Assembly (NCBI GenBank): GCA_964549305.1
Contig: CAZJVM010000013.1
Location: forward strand, 1-51,482
Length of the DNA stretch: 51,482 nucleotides
Source: an uncultured bacterium
Lineage (GTDB): Bacteria; Schekmanbacteria; GWA2-38-11; J061
Reading direction: 5' to 3'
Within the stretch, counting starts at the first letter, position 1. Each line of letters starts with the position of its first letter. The notes under the pieces were generated by a model. The model was not told the origin of the DNA and did not search any database. It saw only the letters and a program-made list of their open reading frames with translations. This document shows, piece by piece, positions 1-8,518 of this stretch. The position numbers were made by a program, and so were the translations under genes.

Positions 1-19
1 TTGATGATGCGAGGGAGGA

Positions 20-598
20 TTGAAAATGGAAAAAATAGCAAATGCCTTTGATGCCGGAGTCACCGGACTATTTGACAAAGTAAATTCGGGAATAATGTTT
101 GTAAACGAAGACCGTAACATCGTCTATGCCAACAGGTATTTCCTGAATTTATTCGATACCGAAATGGATGAAATACAGGACAGAAAATGCTGGTCGGTAA
201 TGCATCCCGAAAATCCAACTTGCAGAAAATGCGAAACAATGAAAGATGTGAATCTCGAAGTAGACATCAACGGAAACCCCATCAATGTTTTCTTCACAAA
301 TTCACTCGTCAAGGACGACCTTCTCCTGAAAATTATTCAGGATATCTCAAAACTGATGGAAAGCGTAACAAACGTAAAAGAGGAAATCAGCAAACTGAAA
401 AATATCATCGAAAACACATTCGGCAATTCAGAATTTTTAACTGCCTGTTCGGTATGCACAAAGGTTAGACTCAGGGACGGTAGTTGGGTATCCGCAAAAA
501 ATATGGACAATCTAAAATCAGGCGGTTGGATTTCACACGGACTTTGCCCCGAATGTGCAAAACCCTTCATAGATGACATTATGAAGAAGAAAAAATAA
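20..598 (+). CDS. PAS-domain protein with coiled coil and C-terminal Cys/His (putative Zn-ribbon) domain
   Basis: PAS-like start GIMFVNEDRNIVYANRYF, internal KC-x4-H-x5-CxxC, C-terminal CSVC...W...ISHGLCPEC. GGAGG lies just upstream. Start is TTG 20 or ATG 26. Confidence 0.75.
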   Translation: MKMEKIANAFDAGVTGLFDKVNSGIMFVNEDRNIVYANRYFLNLFDTEMDEIQDRKCWSVMHPENPTCRKCETMKDVNLEVDINGNPINVFFTNSLVKDDLLLKIIQDISKLMESVTNVKEEISKLKNIIENTFGNSEFLTACSVCTKVRLRDGSWVSAKNMDNLKSGGWISHGLCPECAKPFIDDIMKKKK

Positions 599-1084
599 TT
601 ATTCTTCGAATTCCTCTTTAAACTCTTCGACTCCTCTGCCACCCTTTGATTCAACAGGAATTTTCCAGAAGTTTGATTGTGCGGTATTTTTCAATGTCAT
701 CTCGAGAATCTTGTTCATGCTGCCTTCGGGCATTCCCATATGCCTCTCCGCGGTGCGAACTGCCTGCGTTAATTCTTCAGCGTCGGTAATTCTTTCCAAA
801 CCGCCTTCGCATATTACCGATTTCCAACCTCTGCCTGACGAAGGATATCCCTGTGGTACCCAGTAAACGGAAAAGGAAACCTTTTTATTCTTTTCAACAT
901 AGCCCATTTTTTTCCCCGTAGGACCAAGAGTGATATAGACCGTGTTATTATCATAAAAATAGGCAAGAGGAATGCCATAAGCGGAATCACCGTCTGTAAG
1001 AGACAATATTCCTACCTTCTGTTCCTTTAAAAATGAATCGATTTCTTCCGGTGACATAGTTCCCACATTACTTTTCGTTTTCAT
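599..1084 (-). CDS. Pyridoxamine 5'-phosphate oxidase-like FMN-binding split-barrel protein (NimA-like)
   Basis: MSPEEIDSFL...VGILSL...YGIPLAY...GKKM...NKKVSF...WKSVICEG pattern typical of the family. Confidence 0.8.
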   Translation of the reverse strand: MKTKSNVGTMSPEEIDSFLKEQKVGILSLTDGDSAYGIPLAYFYDNNTVYITLGPTGKKMGYVEKNKKVSFSVYWVPQGYPSSGRGWKSVICEGGLERITDAEELTQAVRTAERHMGMPEGSMNKILEMTLKNTAQSNFWKIPVESKGGRGVEEFKEEFEE

Positions 1085-1127
1085 CCTGTTTCCCCTGTCT
1101 TTAAAAAAGGATTAAACTGCGATTATT

Positions 1128-1784
1128 CTATAAAGCGTGGTCAAGAAGCATTATCATCTGCCTCTTTGGAAGCGTTTCCTTCGTTATCTTAATTTCATCA
1201 GATGCCATGAGAGATATATTTCTCTTTCTGTCTATAAACTCATCTATTCTTGCAAGAGGGAAACCGCATTTGTCGGTCTTGTAGTGCATAGGAATCACTA
1301 TCTTGGGATTAATGGTTTCAATTACTCTGTCTGCTGCTTTTGCGTTAATCGTAAACATTCCTCCAACCGGGATAAGCAGTAGGTCAACTTCGCCAATTTT
1401 GGATGCCGTTTCATCGTCTATTTCATGACCAAGGTCGCCCAGGTGGCATATATTTACGTCGTCAACGACAAACTTAAAGATAATGACAGTCCCTCTCTGT
1501 CCTCCCTTTTCAGTATCGTGATATGCTTCGACACCGTTAAAATCGATTCCCTTTGCCGATGTGGTTCCCGCCTTGTCTATGACCTGAAAATCTCCCTTGA
1601 CTGCCTGAGTATAACCGTGGTCCGCGTGATCATGGGAGCAGAGCACGATATCCGCAGAATCGGGAATCTCTCCATATCCCACTGCGCCGTCATAACCACC
1701 CGGTTCATAGGGATCGGTTATTATCTTTAAACCGTCATCGCCTGTTATCAGAAATGATGAATGACCATACCATTTAATTTTCAC
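1128..1784 (-). CDS. MBL-fold metallo-hydrolase
   Basis: IKWYGHSSF, TDPY, SHDHADH (HxHxDH), HLGD, IPMHY. Start moved to GTG 1784, which has AAGGAGG upstream. Confidence 0.9.
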   Translation of the reverse strand: MKIKWYGHSSFLITGDDGLKIITDPYEPGGYDGAVGYGEIPDSADIVLCSHDHADHGYTQAVKGDFQVIDKAGTTSAKGIDFNGVEAYHDTEKGGQRGTVIIFKFVVDDVNICHLGDLGHEIDDETASKIGEVDLLLIPVGGMFTINAKAADRVIETINPKIVIPMHYKTDKCGFPLARIDEFIDRKRNISLMASDEIKITKETLPKRQMIMLLDHAL

Positions 1785-1958
1785 TCTTTTTTCCTCCTTG
1801 TAAACTAAACAGATAAAACCTGTATGCTTTTTTTTTAATTTTGTTGTCAATCGTACAGATATTTTTTAATAATATCAAGAAGGCGCTTTTGAAATTGCCG
1901 CACAATGACGCGGTAATCCGAAAAATGAATTACACTTTAAACTCTTGGCTTTCGAAAA

Positions 1959-2657
1959 ATGAAAAGATATATCTTTGATATGCACGTGCACACTTCAAGA
2001 TACAGCTATTGCAGCAACCTCCTGCCTGAAGATTTAATAGAATCGGCAAAAGCGAAAGGACTTGACGGCGTAGTAATAACTGAGCACGGCAGTATTTGGC
2101 CGAAGGAGGAAATCGGGGAGCTTAACGACATATCAGGGAAAGAGGGTCCTCTTTTCCTTACAGGGCAGGAAGTACGCACTGAAGGTAGCGACGGAAGGGA
2201 AGCAGATGTGCTCATTTACGGAATGAATGAGCCAATCGGGAAATATCTGCCCGCAGACGAACTTTTGAAGGTTGTCAATTGCGAAGGCGCAGTTGCCGTC
2301 GCGGCACATCCGAGAAGGAATATCCTCGGGCTTCGTGACGATATATATCTCTACGGATTTCATGGCGTAGAAACACTCAATTCAAATTACGGCAGGGAAG
2401 AGATACTCATTTCAATCAACGATATGAAAAAACTCGATTGCGCGTTTATAGCGGGAAGTGATGCCCACTCAGTAAGAAGAATCGGAAGATATGTCACCGT
2501 TTTCAGCACTCCGGTAAATAATATGGATGATATAGTTAGAGCAATAAAGGAAAAAAAATGCGCTCCCGCGGGAGGTTTCATAACTGAAAGTGAAACTGAA
2601 ACATTGCTCGAAGAAAACAATGTAAAAACATTAAAAATTAAAAAAGCAATTCTTTAG
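1959..2657 (+). CDS. PHP-domain phosphoesterase
   Basis: DMHVHT, ITEH, GQEV, AAHP and GSDAH metal-binding motifs. Confidence 0.88.
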   Translation: MKRYIFDMHVHTSRYSYCSNLLPEDLIESAKAKGLDGVVITEHGSIWPKEEIGELNDISGKEGPLFLTGQEVRTEGSDGREADVLIYGMNEPIGKYLPADELLKVVNCEGAVAVAAHPRRNILGLRDDIYLYGFHGVETLNSNYGREEILISINDMKKLDCAFIAGSDAHSVRRIGRYVTVFSTPVNNMDDIVRAIKEKKCAPAGGFITESETETLLEENNVKTLKIKKAIL

Positions 2658-2659
2658 GA

Positions 2660-3490
2660 ATGAAAAAAATATTAATTCACGGCAGTCTTTTGTTTGCGAC
2701 AATCTGCACCACCCTTTTTATGGGAGCTTTTTTCGAAGGAGGGAATCCTCTTAAAGATATAGGCGAAATATGGCTGGGAGTGCCCTACTCCTTCACTCTG
2801 CTTACCATTTTGGGCGCCCACGAATACGGCCATTACAGGATGTGCCGGAAACATCTGGTGCCCGCGACTCTCCCATACTTCATTCCTGCCCCACCGCCAT
2901 TCATTCTCGGCACCTTCGGCGCCATAATCAAGATAAGGGCAAGAATGCCCGACAGAAAAGCCCTTTTCGATGTGGGAGTTACGGGACCTCTCTGGGGATT
3001 TGCCACAGCAATTCCCGCCTGCATAATAGGCATAGCAACCTCCGAGGTTGTCCCTGTAACGGGAAAGGAAGGAATCGTTTTGGGAGATTCGCTTCTCTTT
3101 TCTGCTCTCTCATTTATTATCAAGGGTCCGTTGCCCGAAGGACACGACCTGATGCTAAATTCCATTGCCTTTGCGGGGTGGTTCGGTCTTCTCGTTACGG
3201 CATTCAACCTTCTACCTTCCGGACAACTTGACGGCGGGCATATAATCTACTCGGTAATGGGAGACAGAGCAAAAGTGTGGGGTAAAATCGTTCTTGCCTC
3301 TCTTTTAGTGCTTGGATTTGTCTGGTCAGGATGGTTTGTCTGGGCAATTCTTCTCATAGTCCTTGGCTTCAGGCATCCACCTCCCATAAACGATTACATA
3401 CCTCTTGACAATAAGCGCAAGATGATTGCGGGAGCGATTCTCATTGTTTTCCTGCTTACATTCATACCCGTCCCAATTGAAATCAGGTAG
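2660..3490 (+). CDS. Site-2 protease (peptidase M50) intramembrane metalloprotease
   Basis: HEYGH (HExxH), GTFGA, FNLLPSGQLDGGH, multiple TM segments. Confidence 0.92.
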   Translation: MKKILIHGSLLFATICTTLFMGAFFEGGNPLKDIGEIWLGVPYSFTLLTILGAHEYGHYRMCRKHLVPATLPYFIPAPPPFILGTFGAIIKIRARMPDRKALFDVGVTGPLWGFATAIPACIIGIATSEVVPVTGKEGIVLGDSLLFSALSFIIKGPLPEGHDLMLNSIAFAGWFGLLVTAFNLLPSGQLDGGHIIYSVMGDRAKVWGKIVLASLLVLGFVWSGWFVWAILLIVLGFRHPPPINDYIPLDNKRKMIAGAILIVFLLTFIPVPIEIR

Positions 3491-3496
3491 AAAAGA

Positions 3497-4177
3497 ATGT
3501 TTATTCCCGTAAAGGATGATAATCCCACAAGGCATTTCCCCTTTGTCACTATATTAATAATCATTGCCAACATTGCCGTTTTCATTTATCAGCTTTCGCT
3601 TGGCGGCAAAATCGGGCAATTCATAATAAGTTCAGCTCTTATTCCAAAGAACTTTTTCGTTTCCATAAACTCTGATTATCTTTCCGGAATCCCATCTTTG
3701 GGCAAATTTGTCACATCGATGTTTATGCACGGCGGTTTTCTCCATATTGGCGGGAATATGCTTTATCTTTGGATATTCGGAAACAATGTTGAAGATGTAC
3801 TCGGACATACAAGATTCGTATTCTTCTATCTGCTTTGCGGTATTGCGGCATCTGCTGTGCATATTTCCGTATTTCCCGACTCCGCCATTCCCATAATAGG
3901 CGCAAGCGGCGCAATATCGGGCATTCTCGGCGCATACCTCTTTCTTTTTCCCAAGGCGCGAGTATGGGTGCTTATCTTCCTTTTCATATTTATAAGGCTT
4001 ATTCCCGTGCCTGCCGCACTTATACTCGGGTTGTGGTTTTTTATGCAGGTTGCCCTTGCCGATTCAGGCGGAGGTATTGCGTGGTATGCCCATATCGGCG
4101 GTTTTGTTTCCGGTGTACTGCTTCTTTTGATTTTTCTACCTGGAAGAAAAAAAACAAGGCGTACTTATCGTCAATAA
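3497..4177 (+). CDS. Rhomboid family intramembrane serine protease
   Basis: MFMHGGFLHIGGNMLYLW, GASG catalytic Ser, AHIGG catalytic His. Confidence 0.95.
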   Translation: MFIPVKDDNPTRHFPFVTILIIIANIAVFIYQLSLGGKIGQFIISSALIPKNFFVSINSDYLSGIPSLGKFVTSMFMHGGFLHIGGNMLYLWIFGNNVEDVLGHTRFVFFYLLCGIAASAVHISVFPDSAIPIIGASGAISGILGAYLFLFPKARVWVLIFLFIFIRLIPVPAALILGLWFFMQVALADSGGGIAWYAHIGGFVSGVLLLLIFLPGRKKTRRTYRQ

Positions 4178-4192
4178 CCCTTTGAGAGAAGT

Positions 4193-4873
4193 TTAACTTA
4201 TAAAAGTGATAACACCCACCACTACGGCAATTGTGCCTATTCCCAAACCGGTATATTGCAAGACTCTCTTTCTTCCTTCCCACGTATCAGTAGCATGGAA
4301 AGAATATTGAAGATCAGTTGCTTCTCCGTTTATCTTAATGCCGGACATATCGATTCTCAGCATATGCTCTTCTTCAACTTCATAGGGAAAAACAATGTAA
4401 ATAGCCGATTTTTCCTCACCCTCGAGATTTATAACCTTCTCGGTAAGAATGTTTTCCGATATGGATTTTTTTATTTCCCTGAGATTTGACTGCGTATCTT
4501 CTTCGAAGCGCGACAAGAATACCGCTTCGATGCCCGAAGGGTCAATTGTAATGACATCCTCCTTTTTCTTTTCCACTACAAGGAGAAAAACCGGATATTT
4601 GGCTTTTTTCAGCCTTTTGATTTCTCTTTTGTCTTCCTTTTCAAGTTTCCCTTCATTCTCCAGGTCTTTTGCAAAGGATTTTATATTCCACCTGTAAAGA
4701 TTAAAAGCCGTTTCTCCCACCTTTATCGCTTCATACTCACCCAGGGCAGTGCGTGACTTTCCTTCCACGGGCGCAAGGGCGGTATATTGATACCTCGGCG
4801 CGCAACCGCATATCTGCACTATAAGCAGATAGACGAGTGAAACTTTAATAAATTTTGACCTTAAACCGAACAT
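4193..4873 (-). CDS. Hypothetical exported protein, probable lipoprotein with an extra C-terminal TM helix
   Basis: Basic N-terminus, hydrophobic stretch and ICGC lipobox-like motif. C-terminal RKR...GLGIGTIAVVVGVITFIS. Confidence 0.6.
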   Translation of the reverse strand: MFGLRSKFIKVSLVYLLIVQICGCAPRYQYTALAPVEGKSRTALGEYEAIKVGETAFNLYRWNIKSFAKDLENEGKLEKEDKREIKRLKKAKYPVFLLVVEKKKEDVITIDPSGIEAVFLSRFEEDTQSNLREIKKSISENILTEKVINLEGEEKSAIYIVFPYEVEEEHMLRIDMSGIKINGEATDLQYSFHATDTWEGRKRVLQYTGLGIGTIAVVVGVITFIS

Positions 4874-4989
4874 AAATATCCTTATATATGACTTTTTCTT
4901 TAAAGTAAAAAATATTAATCGATATAATCGTTTTTACAGGTCAAGGGCAATTAAGAGCGCTTGCCTGAAAGAAGAATTAAAAAGAGAAA

Positions 4990-5964
4990 ATGGCAAAAAA
5001 AGGAAAATTCAGAAAACGGGTTACCTTATCTATAATCCTTTCAGCGGGGGTTTTTGCGGCTTTAAGCTTATACGGCGAACTCCCTGAACTCAAAAAATCG
5101 CTTCTTGATTTCTCATGGAAATACATACCTGTTGTCATAGTGATGGTGCTTCTCAATTATGTAGTCAGGTTTCTTAAATGGGATTACTATCTGAAAATCC
5201 TCGGGATAAAAACCGGCAGAAGAGACAGCTTTATGATATTTATGAGCGGACTTCTTATGACGGTAAGCCCGGGTAAATTCGGCGAAGTCCTGAAATCCTA
5301 TCTTCTAAAAAAAATAGATTCAATCTCCATATCAAAGTCATCTCCCATAATTCTCGCCGAGCGGGTAACTGATCTTCTCGCATTCTGCATTCTCGCGAGT
5401 GTAGGTGCATATTCCTTTCACTACGGAGAAAATGTCGTTCTCGTTGGGCTTATTCTCATAGTGCTCATTGTGGTTATAATCGGACAGGAAAAGATATTTA
5501 TCTCGATGCTCGAGTATTTCAAAAAAATATCATTCGTGGAAAAATACTCATCGAAGATTGAAAATGCCTATGAAAGCGCCGTCAGCCTTCTGTCTTTGAA
5601 AAACATCTTCAAACCGACTGCTATCAGCATACCCTCTTGGTTTTGCGAATGTGTTGCCTTCTATTTTATTCTCGACGGACTTGACTGCAATATCAGTCTT
5701 TTCAGAGCGGTTTTTATATACTCCATATCGACAATAATAGGCGCTCTCAGTATGCTTCCGGGAGGACTTGCCGTAATGGAAACAAGTATGACGGGAATGC
5801 TCGTGCTTGGAGGAATAGGCAAATCATCTGCAGTGGCGGCAACGATTCTCATAAGATGCTTCACTCTTTGGCTTGCCGTGATTACCGGTATAATATTCTT
5901 TTATTCAAATCACAGAAGATTTGGTGACATTGACGACGCAATGTCCGAAAGCAATGAAATGTAA
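4990..5964 (+). CDS. Lysylphosphatidylglycerol synthase TM-domain (UPF0104, flippase-like) protein
   Basis: RFLKW, SPGKFGEVLK, ERVTD, LPGGLAVME, IR motifs in a polytopic membrane protein. Confidence 0.85.
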   Translation: MAKKGKFRKRVTLSIILSAGVFAALSLYGELPELKKSLLDFSWKYIPVVIVMVLLNYVVRFLKWDYYLKILGIKTGRRDSFMIFMSGLLMTVSPGKFGEVLKSYLLKKIDSISISKSSPIILAERVTDLLAFCILASVGAYSFHYGENVVLVGLILIVLIVVIIGQEKIFISMLEYFKKISFVEKYSSKIENAYESAVSLLSLKNIFKPTAISIPSWFCECVAFYFILDGLDCNISLFRAVFIYSISTIIGALSMLPGGLAVMETSMTGMLVLGGIGKSSAVAATILIRCFTLWLAVITGIIFFYSNHRRFGDIDDAMSESNEM

Positions 5965-5978
5965 GCTCAGCCATTCGT

Positions 5979-6776
5979 TTACAAAATTTTAAGCACAGAC
6001 GCCTGTCTCCCTGTCACTCCCCGGTCTCTTCTGTATGAAAAAAATAACTCGCTCTTGCAGGAAGTGCAAATATTAAATATTTCAATATTTCCCAAAAGAA
6101 CTCCTTCCTCCTTGATCTGCGAGAAAACGGCATCTTTCAGAGAAACAAAGAATTTACCATTCTCTTCCTTTATAATTTTTTCATTGTTCCCAAAGAGTTC
6201 TTTAAATTTGACAAATACTTCCTCCCCGACCTCATAACAGCAAAATCCTATTGAAGGCCCTATTGCCGCAATTATCTCATCTGGGCGAATAGAAAATCTC
6301 TCAATCATCTCCCTGACTGTTTTTCCCGCAATATTTAATGCCGTACCTCTCCATCCCGAATGAATAACCGCGCCCACTGCCGCATTCCTGCATACAACAA
6401 TAACAGGTACGCAGTCTGCCGTAATCACAGAGGCAGATGCCCCTCTGCAGGCAAGAATTACAGCATCCCCTTCGGGAGGATTGAACCGGCCTGACTTCTT
6501 GCGGAAATCTTCCGATCCTCCGACGAGCAATATGCCATCGGAATGCACCTGTTTTGGCATTACAGTTTCCGCCATCTCTATGCCTGTTGCAGAAGCAAGT
6601 ATTCTCCAGTTTTCAAGGACATCCTCAGTATCATCTCCCGATGACAACCCAAGGTTTAAAGACGAATAAGGATTTTCGCTTTTCCCGCCGGTGCGCGAAG
6701 TAAAAAAATGCAAAAAACCTTTTTCTTTTTCAATGCGTTTTGACTTTAATAACCTGATTTCATTTCCTTCTTTCAT
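5979..6776 (-). CDS. pgeF: Peptidoglycan editing factor PgeF / YfiH family
   Basis: FTSRTGG, SLNLG, QVHS, TADCVPV, HSGWRG, GPSI, FFSYRRD. Confidence 0.9.
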   Translation of the reverse strand: MKEGNEIRLLKSKRIEKEKGFLHFFTSRTGGKSENPYSSLNLGLSSGDDTEDVLENWRILASATGIEMAETVMPKQVHSDGILLVGGSEDFRKKSGRFNPPEGDAVILACRGASASVITADCVPVIVVCRNAAVGAVIHSGWRGTALNIAGKTVREMIERFSIRPDEIIAAIGPSIGFCCYEVGEEVFVKFKELFGNNEKIIKEENGKFFVSLKDAVFSQIKEEGVLLGNIEIFNICTSCKSELFFSYRRDRGVTGRQASVLKIL

Positions 6777-6895
6777 GGAAATTTATTTTAGCAAAGTCTT
6801 AATGATAAGTAAAAAAATGCTGAGTTTATTCCAGGAATAATCCAAATAATAATCCTTAAAAATCACTAAAACTTCTTCCACAGGATTAAAAGAGA

Positions 6896-6925
6896 TTGAC
6901 TAATGAAAAAATTAAAAGGTAAAAT
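6896..6925 (+). promoter_or_regulatory. Candidate sigma70 promoter for the cNMP/AI-2E operon
   Basis: TTGACT-N18-TAAAAT about 30 nt before ATG 6957, followed by an AAGGAGG SD. Confidence 0.45.
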
Positions 6926-6956
6926 TTTTTTGTTATAGAAAAATAAAGGAGGATTT

Positions 6957-7415
6957 ATGGTTTCCGGAGATTATCTGTCCGAAATTACTATCTTTAAAAA
7001 TCTGACAAAAAGAGAGCTCAACGAAGTCGAAGGCATAATACATAAAAGAACCGTAAAGGATATGGAAGTAATTGCGCAGGCAGGCGAACCTCCTCTTGCC
7101 ATTTACATCATCAAATCAGGACACATTGATTTCGTCATAGGAAAACCGGGAGAAGAGGGCGAAGTAATAGAAAACTATACAAGTGGTGATATAGTGGGAG
7201 AAATATGTATTTTTGACGATGAACCCCGGCCATCTTCCATAATTTCAAGAGGAGAATCCGAACTTCTGGGAATTTTTAAATACGACATTGACGAGCTAAT
7301 GAAAAAACGTCCGATTATCGGTTATAAAATACTCAAAAATATTGGGGAGAAACTTGTCAAAAGAGTGCGAAAACTGACTGCGCTTTTAAACGAATCGACC
7401 AAATTAAAACAATGA
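6957..7415 (+). CDS. Stand-alone cyclic-nucleotide-binding domain protein (no HTH)
   Basis: IFKNL...EL, YIIKSG, GDIVGEICIFDDEPRPSS phosphate-binding cassette. At 152 aa it lacks a CRP-type DNA-binding domain. Confidence 0.88.
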   Translation: MVSGDYLSEITIFKNLTKRELNEVEGIIHKRTVKDMEVIAQAGEPPLAIYIIKSGHIDFVIGKPGEEGEVIENYTSGDIVGEICIFDDEPRPSSIISRGESELLGIFKYDIDELMKKRPIIGYKILKNIGEKLVKRVRKLTALLNESTKLKQ

Positions 7416-8506
7416 ATGAAAAAATATTAATACCCGTCAAATATCCCAAAAAATACCTTACGAGGGATATCAGTTTCATTGTCGCTTTCTTTGTTTTCGC
7501 GTTTTCTTTTCTCTATTATGTAAGGAAACCTCTTGTATCCTTTTTCATTGCCACGGTAATTTCATATGTCATTCATCCTGTAATCGACGCCTTAGAAATG
7601 CTGGGATTTAAACGGATAATCGCTGTTATAATCGTTTTCACTATTTTAGGAAGCGCTTTGATAACAGGTATTTCCGCCCTCGGACCCCTTTTTATAAAAC
7701 AGGTGGACGAGATAAAGATGAAACTCCCTGAATACAAGGTGAGAATTCAGCAAACGGGAAAATCGATAGAAAAACGTCTCTATAACATTCAGTATTATCT
7801 GCGGGAAAAACTACCTTTCTTTGACAGCATCCATATAGTGGAAAAAATAATCCCTTCGGCGCTCTCCTATATAAGTTCGTCCATACTTGACATCCCAGCA
7901 CTGTCTACCGTATTCGGACTTATTTCAATCATTATCTTCGTGCCCTTCTTTTCTTTTTTTCTGGTCCTTGAAAGCAGAAGAATCAAAAAAAATATGATAA
8001 GTTTTGTACCAAACCGCTATTTCGAAGTTTCCGTAAATCTGCTTTACAGAATCAACAAGCAGATTGAAACTTATCTCGGCGGGGTGATAATCGAAGCTTT
8101 CATAGTGGGAATGCTTTCCACTCTGGGCCTTTACTTTCTGGATATAAACTTCTTTCTCTTCATTGGAATAGTTGTTGGAGTAATAAATGTTGTGCCTTAT
8201 TTAGGCCCTCTTGTGGGAAGCCTTCTTGCCATAATTGTGACTCTTCTTGACAAGGGCACATTTTCCTCAGTCTTTCAGGTAATAATTCTTTTTGCTGTCA
8301 TAAGACTCATTGATGACCTTGTAATCATCCCTCTTGTAATTTCCCGTGCCATAAAGACTCATCCTGTAATCGTCCTAATGGCCATACTTGTAGGTGAATA
8401 TTTTCTCGGTATCGTGGGAATGATACTTGCAGTGCCTCTGTTTCAGATAATACGAATAGTTTTAAAGGAAATACAGGAAATTGCCGGGCGATACTCCATT
8501 GCCTGA
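7412..8506 (+). CDS. AI-2E family transporter
   Basis: 364-aa polytopic protein with VPYLGP, HPVIV, LGIVGMILAVP. ATGA overlap with the upstream gene. Confidence 0.9.
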   Translation: MNEKILIPVKYPKKYLTRDISFIVAFFVFAFSFLYYVRKPLVSFFIATVISYVIHPVIDALEMLGFKRIIAVIIVFTILGSALITGISALGPLFIKQVDEIKMKLPEYKVRIQQTGKSIEKRLYNIQYYLREKLPFFDSIHIVEKIIPSALSYISSSILDIPALSTVFGLISIIIFVPFFSFFLVLESRRIKKNMISFVPNRYFEVSVNLLYRINKQIETYLGGVIIEAFIVGMLSTLGLYFLDINFFLFIGIVVGVINVVPYLGPLVGSLLAIIVTLLDKGTFSSVFQVIILFAVIRLIDDLVIIPLVISRAIKTHPVIVLMAILVGEYFLGIVGMILAVPLFQIIRIVLKEIQEIAGRYSIA

Positions 8507-8518
8507 GAGAGAAGTGTT

